DNA from: an uncultured archaeon
GTDB lineage: Archaea; Asgardarchaeota; Lokiarchaeia; Sigyniarchaeales; SOKP01
Length of the DNA: 47,526 nt
Direction of reading: 5' to 3'
Assembly (NCBI GenBank): GCA_964388035.1
Contig: CAYLZE010000030.1
Location: 1 to 47,526, forward strand
The notes under the pieces are model-generated. The model was not told the origin of the DNA and did no database searches. It saw only the letters and a program-made list of their open reading frames with translations. The position numbers and the translations under genes were made by a program. Positions 27,122-36,332 of the stretch are shown one piece after another (positions within the stretch are counted from its first letter, which is position 1; each line of letters begins with the position of its first letter).

Positions 27122-29161
27122 TTAATAGGGATAATGGGATGAGCCATTTTGCATGTTACTTTTAAGATGTGCATACCTCACTTGTTCCATTTTATCTTCT
27201 ATTTCCAATATTTCATTCTCCAAGGCAAAGTTCTCTTCCTGTAAATTTTGATAAGTTCTAAAATAATCTAATTCCGTGAGATTTCCTTGATCGAATCTAT
27301 TGGATAATTCTCTAATTGTTTCTTCTAAAGCAAACTTTTTCTTTCTTAATTCATGAAGACGTGCTGAATTTTTCGTTGGGTTGTCATTAGTGTTCCCTTT
27401 TTTTACAAAGGAGGAATCTTTTGATGGATATTCATGGTTAAAGAATTCCGAAAGATGGTTTTTACGAAAATCTTGATACTTATTCTCATAAATGTGGCGA
27501 TGCATCTTATCTTTTTCATATTGATTAGTTTCAAAGGGGCTTTTTGGTTGATTTCCATTGAAACGAGAATTTCCTTCATTGAAAATGGAAGATTTTTTGT
27601 AAATATCCTCCTTAAAATAATTTTCTGAATCTAAAGGGGAGTATCTGGATTCTTGGGCTTGTTTAAGTTTTTTCATTAATATAGTCTTATCTTCACTATC
27701 TTGATCATGTGGATATCGATGTTTATTTTTTTCACGATTATTCATATGGGATGTAAATTCTCCAAAATTTTCTCCAAAGTCCGAATTTATGTAGTCATAA
27801 GCAGGAGTATCTTGGGTTGTAGCTCTATATTCAAAGTCGGAACGATAATCGTGCTTGTAGGGATTTCGTTCGGGATATGCTTCAAAATTTTTAGACCTAA
27901 AATCAGAGAAGCTTCGGAAATCTTGACGCTTACTCGACTGTGAAGGCCCATTTCTTTCATTAAAACGGCATTTTCTGCTAAAAAATGAATTTATAGCATT
28001 TTCTATAAAATTTGACATGTCATTTAAATTAAGATTTATCGTTTGGAGTTTCTTAGCTGATTCGTGATTTTGTAAAACGGCTTCATCAAACGTTCGCGCC
28101 AAAAGAATGTATTCTATGACTCTGGATAATGATTTAGGAGGAAGCGAAAATTCATAATTTCCATAAGCAAATTCTAAATAGAGTTTCTTGAATATTCTTC
28201 CTTTCTCTTTAATTCGGGTCAAATCATTCACAGGGGCTTTAAAGATCAAATCCCGTTTCTTTTTGATCAGTCCATATTCATGTATAAAGGACAAATCGTA
28301 ATTAGTAACGAATAAAACCCCTCGTTTTTTATTTAAAATATCTTGATTATTGCTTCCATTTAATAATTTTGCTGTTATGGCATACACGGGTTTCTCTTCT
28401 TCTGCCAAATTTAAAAATCTTTTATAAGAGAGGAAATATTTTGTAATTTTCTCAATGAATTGCATTTTTTTTTCGTGAGATTCAATGTTTTCAATGATTA
28501 TCTTCATGCTATTATCAATAAATTCCATTATCGAAAGAAAACTATGTGATTGATTATCTAAAATTCCTTCAATGATTTTAAGATTAGAATTCGGTTGAGT
28601 GTAGATATTAAAGAAAAACTCCTCGTTCACAGATAAATGATGAAAGTGGATTTTAAGCTTTTCAATGACATCATTTCTAAGTCGGAGATATGACTGAAAT
28701 AGATTGACCAGTTCCGTTTCGATATTAGGAAAATGATAGCATTTAATGGGAGGATCTCGGGCAGTTCTAACTCTTTGCCGTATCCCATTCCATTTATCCA
28801 CGAGTTCTTGAAGAGGGGAAAGAATTTCTCGGGATTTTGTGATTAATTCTAAGAATTTTTGTTCTAACGTATCTTTTTTTTCATATATATTTACGATTTT
28901 CAGGGAATGACATTTTGGACAGGATTTTTCAATACGTGTTGCTTTTAGAATGTTTTCCTTATTACAATCCTTGCAAACTCTCTTACCCTCTGCGTTTAAA
29001 ATTTCTATATTAGTGGAATTACAATCCTTGCAGGTATAGTATTCTACCTTTTCTTCATTTAGACAATCGGAGCAACTACTTGCTCCACAATCTTCACAGT
29101 AATATGTTTCCTTCACTTGTCTCCGGCAAAAACGACACGAGGAGGTCTCTCTTTCTGACAT
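27122..29161 (-). CDS. Multidomain protein: six CxxC zinc-binding N-terminus, coiled coil, PH/GRAM-like domain, low-complexity linker, C-terminal steadiness-box-like (ESCRT-I Vps23/37 core) hairpin
   Basis: CxxC at aa 9, 22, 30, 44, 63, 81; GVLFVTNYDLSF; ALEETIRELSNRFDQGNLTELDYFRTYQNLQEENFAL at aa 611-647. Confidence 0.65.
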   Translation of the reverse strand: MSERETSSCRFCRRQVKETYYCEDCGASSCSDCLNEEKVEYYTCKDCNSTNIEILNAEGKRVCKDCNKENILKATRIEKSCPKCHSLKIVNIYEKKDTLEQKFLELITKSREILSPLQELVDKWNGIRQRVRTARDPPIKCYHFPNIETELVNLFQSYLRLRNDVIEKLKIHFHHLSVNEEFFFNIYTQPNSNLKIIEGILDNQSHSFLSIMEFIDNSMKIIIENIESHEKKMQFIEKITKYFLSYKRFLNLAEEEKPVYAITAKLLNGSNNQDILNKKRGVLFVTNYDLSFIHEYGLIKKKRDLIFKAPVNDLTRIKEKGRIFKKLYLEFAYGNYEFSLPPKSLSRVIEYILLARTFDEAVLQNHESAKKLQTINLNLNDMSNFIENAINSFFSRKCRFNERNGPSQSSKRQDFRSFSDFRSKNFEAYPERNPYKHDYRSDFEYRATTQDTPAYDYINSDFGENFGEFTSHMNNREKNKHRYPHDQDSEDKTILMKKLKQAQESRYSPLDSENYFKEDIYKKSSIFNEGNSRFNGNQPKSPFETNQYEKDKMHRHIYENKYQDFRKNHLSEFFNHEYPSKDSSFVKKGNTNDNPTKNSARLHELRKKKFALEETIRELSNRFDQGNLTELDYFRTYQNLQEENFALENEILEIEDKMEQVRYAHLKSNMQNGSSHYPY

Positions 29162-29550
29162 TATTTATCATTCCTCAATTTTTAAAAAAACATGATTAAA
29201 ACCGCTATATCAAATTATTAGAGAATATTTTATGCTAAAAAACTCAATATTATTGGCATATGATCCGTACAATATGCAAGTGAAAAGGGATAAAAGATAA
29301 TATTCTAGGGATTCTTTAAGAAATTCTCAGTGTGTTTAAGTATTAAAAAACTTAGCTTAATGAAAAAAATTCATAATATACTCATCATATACTGTAAGAG
29401 TTCCAACTTTCTTAAAATTTAATTTGAGCTACTCCAACAACTTTATTTCAAAATAACGGGATGTTAAATTTTTAAAAATAAATAGTATATTGCTTAAATC
29501 GCGTTTTATATATAGACATGATTATTAGAAATTAAAAAAAAAATAAGCTA

Positions 29551-29580
29551 AAAAACGACTAATCATCAATTATTAGTCTT
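29551..29580 (-). terminator. Hairpin plus U-tract downstream of the second csp gene
   Basis: Minus strand GACTAAT-(8 nt)-ATTAGTC-G-TTTTT about 60 bp after the stop at 29641. Confidence 0.35.
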
Positions 29581-29640
29581 TCTTATAACTTATACTAATT
29601 TGAAACTTAATAAAAAACTATTTCCTTACTTTTCCGACAA

Positions 29641-29898
29641 TTAAAAAAGATAACTAGAACGATACTGCATGGGTGCAGCTTCAGTCACGACAACATTATC
29701 CGCCTGAAGTCCTTTTTCACCTTCAACAACATCAAATTCAACTTTGTCGTTCTCGCGCAGGGTCTTGAATTCATCATCTGAACCGTTGATAGCCGTATAA
29801 TGAACAAAAACATCAGTGCCTTCTTCAGTAGTTATAAATCCGTATCCTTTACGATTGTCGAACCATTTAACAGTTCCTTGTTGCAATTTTAAAACCAA
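29641..29898 (-). CDS. cspA: Cold-shock domain protein (CspA family)
   Basis: [26 protein letters not shown]...VEF.V.EG.KG.QA.NV. Confidence 0.95.
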   Translation of the reverse strand: MVLKLQQGTVKWFDNRKGYGFITTEEGTDVFVHYTAINGSDDEFKTLRENDKVEFDVVEGEKGLQADNVVVTEAAPMQYRSSYLF

Positions 29899-29941
29899 AT
29901 TTCTAATTTAAAGTAAATATATTACACATTCTATAAGATCT

Positions 29942-29960
29942 TAAACATTTTAAATGTTTA
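29942..29960. promoter_or_regulatory. 9-1-9 inverted repeat upstream of cspA-like gene
   Basis: TAAACATTT-T-AAATGTTTA, 44-62 bp upstream of the start. Confidence 0.3.
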
Positions 29961-30200
29961 CCTTAAGAAAGATAAGAATTTCAAAGAATTCTTTCAAAAA
30001 TTGCATATCTTTTAAGAAAAATAGAATGTAAAGAAGCGGGGAAAAAAAATGTGGGATTTTTTATATGATTTAAAAACTTCCAATCCTATCAATTTGTATT
30101 TTAAAAAATTTCTAAATTTCTATATCTAAAATCAAAAAATTGACTTGTTAGAATTCCTTATTTTCATTTAAGAGTTAAAATTAAGATATAATCCCATAAA

Positions 30201-30773
30201 ATGACTATAATCGACATGCATGTTCATTTAAGTCCCCGTTCCTCGTGCTCCATTCTTTCCAGCGAGCAATTATTCAATAATATCTCTGATGAAATCGATG
30301 GCATCTGTATAACAGATCACGGAATAGTAAAGCCAATGAGGAACTTGTCCTTTAATAATCTCTTGATTTTATTTGGGGCAGAAATCTCCTGTTTTGAAGG
30401 GGATCTATTGGCTTATGGTATAAATACATTACCTCTTTCTAAAAAAGCAGAAGATGTTTTAAATTTCATACATGAGAAGAATGGGGTTGCAATTTGTGCA
30501 CATCCGTATTCATCACGCCATAACGTGTTTGGTGAGACCATATTCGATTACGATTTTGATGCAATAGAAATTAATGGAGCAATTAAAAAACATGAGAATG
30601 AAATAGCAAAAAGAGCGGCTAAAATCATGGATGTACCTTTAGTAGGAGGAAGTGATTCTCATTCTATCTCTCAACTTAATACGGTTGTAACTTTATTTAG
30701 TAATCGCATTAGTTGCATGGAAGATCTCGTTAATGAAATCAAGAGAAGAAGATGTAAACCAATTAGATTATAA
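30201..30773 (+). CDS. PHP-domain phosphoesterase
   Basis: IDMHVH, ITDH, GAEI, AHP, IEIN, GGSDSH. Confidence 0.9.
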   Translation: MTIIDMHVHLSPRSSCSILSSEQLFNNISDEIDGICITDHGIVKPMRNLSFNNLLILFGAEISCFEGDLLAYGINTLPLSKKAEDVLNFIHEKNGVAICAHPYSSRHNVFGETIFDYDFDAIEINGAIKKHENEIAKRAAKIMDVPLVGGSDSHSISQLNTVVTLFSNRISCMEDLVNEIKRRRCKPIRL

Positions 30774-30796
30774 AATTGTTGAAATTAAAAGAGTAG

Positions 30797-31084
30797 TTAT
30801 TTAATAATTTTAATCCTTTGGCCAAGAGCTTGTCCGGGTAACCCCGCTTTTTGAAAATGAGCTCTCACTGCACCATTATTTCCATGGGCACGCATTATGG
30901 TACCTTTTAATTCTTTTCCCGTTGGACTTTTCCACACGATTACTCGCCCAATTAATCTATTCGCTTCTTTTCTAGTGTTAATATCGGGAAAAACGATTAT
31001 ATTTTGTTTTTGGTTAATGGTATGCCTTCCCATCCGGTAATTCGAGATGATCCCTTCTTTTCCAAGATATTGTAATTTAGACAT
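30797..31084 (-). CDS. rpl35ae: 50S ribosomal protein L35Ae (eL33)
   Basis: GII.NYRMG, LIGR.IVWKSP.G, G.I.RAHG..GAVRA.F...LPGQALG. Confidence 0.95.
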   Translation of the reverse strand: MSKLQYLGKEGIISNYRMGRHTINQKQNIIVFPDINTRKEANRLIGRVIVWKSPTGKELKGTIMRAHGNNGAVRAHFQKAGLPGQALGQRIKIIK

Positions 31085-31260
31085 TCCAGCGGAACCTTAC
31101 TTGTTACTTTTTCTCTATTAGAATAACAATAGAAATATTTGAAAAAATAAAAGTTTTTCGTGCTCATGATACTTTAGAGCAAAAAATTTATTTTATTAAA
31201 GCCAAAGTAAATTATTGTTTTCGCATTCTAATATTTATCGAAATAAACAAAATTAAAATC

Positions 31261-32676
31261 ATGAGTAATCAAAACAACATGAAAGAATCATATCCCTTCG
31301 ATACTCTAATGTTTCCTATTGATAGTAAAGAAATTAAGGAAGCTTCTAAATTTCTATCTGATTTGATTAAAATAAACACGACGAATCCACCTGGAAATGA
31401 GATAGAGGCCGCCCGATTTTGCGCGGATTTCCTTAAGAAGGAAGGATTTGAGGATATTGAGTTGTTCGAATCAGCTCCGGGAAGAGGGAGTGTAATTATT
31501 ACATGGCGTGGTACGGATCCAAATGCAAAAAGTTTACTATTACTCGCACATTTAGATGTCGTTCCCGCGGATGCTTCTAATTGGGAGAAAGATCCCTTTG
31601 GAGGAGAAATAGAGGGGGAATATATATGGGGGCGGGGCACCATGGATATCAAAAACATGGTTGCAGCAGAAGCCATGGCAAGTATAATATTAAAAAGGCA
31701 AGGATTTCAACCAAAAGGAGACATTAAATTAGCATTTACCGCGGACGAGGAACAAGGCGGTGTAATGGGAGTGGGTTATCTAACAGAGAATTATTGGGAT
31801 AAAATCAATGCAGATTATATCATAAATGAAGGCGGTGGAATTCTGATTCCCTTTGGCAAGGATCCTAAAGATTATATCGTTCAAACGGGAGAAAAAGGTG
31901 TTTATCGGACAACACTTAGGGTAAAAGGAACGGGAGGACATGGATCTTTCTCTATAAAAAAATCCGAAAGTGCCATGTATAAGATTAGTAAAATAACTCA
32001 AAAAATTATCGAATATAAGTATCCTATTATTATTGCTCCCGCGATAAAAGAACTTGCCGAGAAAATATCCATACCGAATACTTTTAAAAGGGTATTAACA
32101 TCCAAATTTTTATTAAAGATTGGATTGAAACTTGCGGATAAAAGAATGGGCGGTTTATTGAGTAAATTGCTCTTACCCTTTGTAATGGATGTAATTAATC
32201 CTACGGTTTTTAAAACCCAAGAGAAGGTAAACGTTATTCCCCAGAACGTGGAGCTTTCATTTGATGCTCGTCTTTTGCCTGGGCATGATAGAAAAACCAT
32301 TGAAAAATATCTAAGAAAAGCATTAGGGAAGAAATTATTCAACGAGATCGAAATTATTCCCATAGAACCTAGCCAAGCTGCAACCACTAATTCAGCAAGC
32401 AATCCTTTCTGGGATTTTGTCGAGGGTGTCTTAAATGGGATAGATGCTGGTGCCAAAATGGTGCCCATGCTAAGCTCTGGTTCCACGGATAGTAAATTTT
32501 TCAGGAAGAAGGGAGGATATGCTTTGGGAATATGCCCCATGAAAATTGATCCCAATGTTCCGATGAGTGAAATGATGGAAATGGCTCATGGGCGCAATGA
32601 GCGCATCTGGATACCGAACTTCTCTTTTTCCATGGAATTTTTCTACCGACTCATTAAAAAAATGAATTCGTTATAA
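31261..32676 (+). CDS. M20 family metallopeptidase / N-acyl-amino-acid hydrolase
   Basis: TTNPPGNE, LAHLDVVP, WGRGTMDIK, TADEE, INEGG, GGHGS, GSTD, AHGRNERI. Confidence 0.92.
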   Translation: MSNQNNMKESYPFDTLMFPIDSKEIKEASKFLSDLIKINTTNPPGNEIEAARFCADFLKKEGFEDIELFESAPGRGSVIITWRGTDPNAKSLLLLAHLDVVPADASNWEKDPFGGEIEGEYIWGRGTMDIKNMVAAEAMASIILKRQGFQPKGDIKLAFTADEEQGGVMGVGYLTENYWDKINADYIINEGGGILIPFGKDPKDYIVQTGEKGVYRTTLRVKGTGGHGSFSIKKSESAMYKISKITQKIIEYKYPIIIAPAIKELAEKISIPNTFKRVLTSKFLLKIGLKLADKRMGGLLSKLLLPFVMDVINPTVFKTQEKVNVIPQNVELSFDARLLPGHDRKTIEKYLRKALGKKLFNEIEIIPIEPSQAATTNSASNPFWDFVEGVLNGIDAGAKMVPMLSSGSTDSKFFRKKGGYALGICPMKIDPNVPMSEMMEMAHGRNERIWIPNFSFSMEFFYRLIKKMNSL

Positions 32677-32746
32677 TCTTATTTTATTTTTTCTTTATTT
32701 AAGGTAAACCTTAAAATAGTGTAGAAGTCCTTAAAAGTGATTAAAT

Positions 32747-34147
32747 GTGAAAGTTGCAATAGGAAAGGTCAAAATCACGCCTAAAAAATTAATTGGCACC
32801 CCAATGGCAGGTTACACCCGTAAAGACCCGTGTTTGGGAAAATTAGATGATATACATGCTCACGGTGTTTTGATTGAACAAGATTCTGGTGAGCTAGCAA
32901 ACAAGCACCTCTTATTAGTTTCCATGGATTTGTTAAAAGTACCCTTATCTTTAGCTAATTACATGAAAGAGCGCCTAAGTAAACAGTTTAATTCCTTACA
33001 AAAGGAAAATATCCTCATCCATGCCACACATACGCATTCTGCTCCAGATTTGACCGGTGAGTTCCATTGGCCTGGTGGAACACTCAATGTCATGAAAGGA
33101 ATCCTGTTTGGTGCAAATAGAAATGATAAATATCTGATTTGGCTTTCCCGTAGAATTATAAAGTTGGTGAAATCTTTATTCAAGACGCTTGAACCTTGCA
33201 AAATTGCTTGGAAAAAGGAAATTTTTAATCCCAATCTGGTGATAAATCGCAGGCATCCAACAAGAGGTGTTACTCCCGATTTAGGTGTAACATGTTTTAA
33301 AAATATAAAAGATAATAAGATGATTGGAATCATAGTTCATTATGCGTGTCATCCCACCACCTTATCTTTCGCAAATAATAAGCTTTCTGCAGATTATCCT
33401 GGACGTTTAACTCATAGAATTGAAGAACTATCTAATGGAAAAACGCCCTCAATTTTTTTTAATGGTCCTGCTGGAGATTTAAATCCAATTACCACTTGTG
33501 GGACGAATTTTGAGGATCTTGAGAAAGATAAGTCCAAAATTTATGGACAACTCGGGACTTATAAAGATACCGTGCGCATCGGGAATCAAATTGCCGAGGA
33601 AGCGTGGAAATTGGCACAATTCTTACCTGAGAATGCTTATTTTGATCATTTTGAATTTAAATCTTCTATTAAAGAAATCAAGATACCATTAAAAGATGCA
33701 AGATATTTTTCACACGCGTGGTATGGAAACAAGGGGTATTTCATTCTAAAAAAGGTGCTTTTACTACCGATAGCAAGGCAAATTGAAACCAACTTTCCCG
33801 CTTTTTATATTAAACACGATTTCCTACATACTTGGGCAGAAACCATCCTGCAATACATTGAATGTAAGGCATGGTTAAAGGAAAAGGAAAATAGTAAAAA
33901 TTTCAGTATATTTACGGTTCCTGGGGAATTATTCGAAAGTATAGGCAAGAATCTTTTAAAAAAATCACCAAATAAAAGAGAAAATTCCTTTCTATTTCAA
34001 AACTCCAACGATTGGATCGCTTATTTATTTCCTATCATGGAATATATGAACGTAGGAGGATACGAACCAGTAGCCAGTTTTAGCCCCATGAGTGGAGAGG
34101 TAGTCGAAAAGGAAATGATCTCACTCTTTAGTAAAGTAGAAAAATGA
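32747..34147 (+). CDS. Neutral/alkaline ceramidase family amidohydrolase
   Basis: ITP...PMAGY, SMDL, HATHTHSAP, NRR, YACHPT, SADYPG, GPAGDLNP, PGELF, GGYE. Confidence 0.85.
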   Translation: MKVAIGKVKITPKKLIGTPMAGYTRKDPCLGKLDDIHAHGVLIEQDSGELANKHLLLVSMDLLKVPLSLANYMKERLSKQFNSLQKENILIHATHTHSAPDLTGEFHWPGGTLNVMKGILFGANRNDKYLIWLSRRIIKLVKSLFKTLEPCKIAWKKEIFNPNLVINRRHPTRGVTPDLGVTCFKNIKDNKMIGIIVHYACHPTTLSFANNKLSADYPGRLTHRIEELSNGKTPSIFFNGPAGDLNPITTCGTNFEDLEKDKSKIYGQLGTYKDTVRIGNQIAEEAWKLAQFLPENAYFDHFEFKSSIKEIKIPLKDARYFSHAWYGNKGYFILKKVLLLPIARQIETNFPAFYIKHDFLHTWAETILQYIECKAWLKEKENSKNFSIFTVPGELFESIGKNLLKKSPNKRENSFLFQNSNDWIAYLFPIMEYMNVGGYEPVASFSPMSGEVVEKEMISLFSKVEK

Positions 34148-34232
34148 ATTCTCCTAAAATTTTAAATGAATTATTTTCCCGGAAGTTTATTAAGGAAGAA
34201 ATTTAAAAAAAATATTATTTTTATAGTTCTTT

Positions 34233-34940
34233 TTAATGGAATATTATTAGAGCAATTGGGATGACCCAGGCCAATATGGAAAAAAGAAGAATCCATTCCA
34301 ATAAGGGGCCTCCAATGATAATATTAAGAATAATGGTGATAAGTGGTCCAATAATTCCGTAAAGCCCTAATCCTTTAGGAATTTTAGTTTTATAAAGAAT
34401 AACCAACCACCCGTAGAAAAAAGCCGAAAAGGTAAACCCTCCAAAAGCAAGCGCTGACATGAGACCATGAGTGCCCATATTTATGAATCCTATGGGATAA
34501 TCTCGATCTCCACTCCAAATTCCAACCCCGATGTATCCAAGATTACCTATAATACCCATTACAAAACCAAAACTTGAAATTCTATATCGTAATCGGGAAA
34601 ATTTTTTATACTCACTCGGCTCTTGGGGCATGGGAGCTAATATTTTTTCCAAATAAAACGTGAGAGGAATGGTTAATCCACCTGCTATGACACATGCAAT
34701 ATCATATAAATACGGAGCAGGGGTATGTTTAGCTGTTCCAAGATCACTTATCCAATTAGTCCAAATGGTATAATGTGTAGTTCCAAATACGGTCGCTATA
34801 ATTACTCCAATAATTATTAAGAGCGAATAGACAATGATTACAAACATCGAGCAGGTTTTAACTACTTTATACTCGGTAATCATGTCGTAAAATCGCTTGC
34901 GTGCTTCATTAATTTTCTTTCTAATCGTTGAATTTGTCAT
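34233..34940 (-). CDS. DUF998 / Frag1-DRAM-Sfk1-like membrane protein
   Basis: About six hydrophobic segments, Y...NWISDLG, GVGI, H in TM4, LLEW. Confidence 0.7.
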   Translation of the reverse strand: MTNSTIRKKINEARKRFYDMITEYKVVKTCSMFVIIVYSLLIIIGVIIATVFGTTHYTIWTNWISDLGTAKHTPAPYLYDIACVIAGGLTIPLTFYLEKILAPMPQEPSEYKKFSRLRYRISSFGFVMGIIGNLGYIGVGIWSGDRDYPIGFINMGTHGLMSALAFGGFTFSAFFYGWLVILYKTKIPKGLGLYGIIGPLITIILNIIIGGPLLEWILLFSILAWVIPIALIIFH

Positions 34941-35050
34941 GATTTACATATATTGTTTAATTTAATTAAAGTACTAATTATTAATGGTATTTAGGTTTAA
35001 CTTAAATTGCTTTAAAAAAAGATAAATTGTAAAAGATAGCTTTTCTACTT

Positions 35051-36259
35051 TCATTTCAGATCTATCATTTCTTTAGACTCTTTCCATGCGGTCTTGTTGA
35101 TTTCCTTAATTTTTAATACCAAGTCTTCATCTGAAAGAACTTTCTCCTTGCTAATCACTTCCTTTACTTGTGAAATCAGTGCATTTTCTCTGGTTCTCAG
35201 TTCATTAAGATAATCGACGACAGCAGGCTTCTTTGAAACCCGTTTATAGGGTTTTATATGAGCAGAATGTTTGGCCCAAAACCAATCGGGATTAATTTCC
35301 TCATAAGGCCCCGGTTTCATTATATTAAAAGTATTGGCAGGAAATACGTAAGGCTTATAAATGTTTAAACAAGGGATGGTTCCTGCGGTAAACCAATGTA
35401 CTGATTTTTGATTATCATCTCTTAACCAAGAAACTTGAGAGCCCGTGCTTTGAAATGCACCATGCATGCATATTCCGACATCATGCTCTCTCAAGAACGA
35501 CATCATCTTTTCAACTGAGATTTTACCCTTTGCTTCATTTAACATTCGTAATGAGCAACCATCTCGGGTATTGGGAGGAAATCTTTCAGGTATTTGAGGA
35601 TCCGAAAAAATTAAAGCAAAATCAAAATCCTTTTCATCCTTACAATAGCCGCTTTTAATAGCATGGTTAATAATCCCTTCTCTGCGAAGATCTCCTTTTC
35701 CCCGAATGGATATGTTATTTGAGATGGATCTTACATCTTTAACGATTTCAGCAACCCACCATTTATCTGCAGTATCCAACACGTAAGCTTCCTTTTTATC
35801 CGCAATTATAAAAGAATTATGGTAAGACCAGCCTTGTTGATCGAAAGCACAATTTCCCCCTTGGCCATACATCTCTAATAGTTTCGTAATTACGTTTAAG
35901 GCTTCTTTGGCAGTTTTCCCTCGTTCAAGACCAAGACGTAATAAATCCATTCCCAATAATCCCGTTTCCCTTAAAGGTTCTTTAGTATAAACAGCTTCAT
36001 TTCCGATTGCAACACCATGTTCGGAAACGCCCATCTCAGAGCCCCACATCCAAAAAGGTTGGCTCAAGATTATTTCAGCTGTTTCTTTGACTTGTGGGAT
36101 GGTTATATAGGTACATCGTAATTTTTCTCCTTCCGCATGAGTCTTGCGAGGAGAATACGTCACAATTTGCACTTCTGATTGGGGTCTATCGCTATTTTTT
36201 CCAAAAATAACACTTCCATCTTCCGTGGAATTTCGTAAAGCTACAAACGTATCACACAT
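35051..36259 (-). CDS. Secernin-like C69 family Ntn hydrolase / dipeptidase
   Basis: N-terminal MCDTFVA, FGKNSDRP, WMWGSEMGV.E.GVAIGNEAV, LLGMDLLRLGLER, SISN. Confidence 0.92.
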   Translation of the reverse strand: MCDTFVALRNSTEDGSVIFGKNSDRPQSEVQIVTYSPRKTHAEGEKLRCTYITIPQVKETAEIILSQPFWMWGSEMGVSEHGVAIGNEAVYTKEPLRETGLLGMDLLRLGLERGKTAKEALNVITKLLEMYGQGGNCAFDQQGWSYHNSFIIADKKEAYVLDTADKWWVAEIVKDVRSISNNISIRGKGDLRREGIINHAIKSGYCKDEKDFDFALIFSDPQIPERFPPNTRDGCSLRMLNEAKGKISVEKMMSFLREHDVGICMHGAFQSTGSQVSWLRDDNQKSVHWFTAGTIPCLNIYKPYVFPANTFNIMKPGPYEEINPDWFWAKHSAHIKPYKRVSKKPAVVDYLNELRTRENALISQVKEVISKEKVLSDEDLVLKIKEINKTAWKESKEMIDLK

Positions 36260-36332
36260 ATCATATCATCTCTATTTAAAGATAATAACATGAAATAATT
36301 TATTATTTATATCCTATAAGTATTAAAATTTT

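Noticed and set aside
29162-29640. 480-bp gap as hidden small gene
   Set aside because: Only a ~22-codon frame with no supporting motif; very AT-rich, consistent with promoter and terminator DNA.
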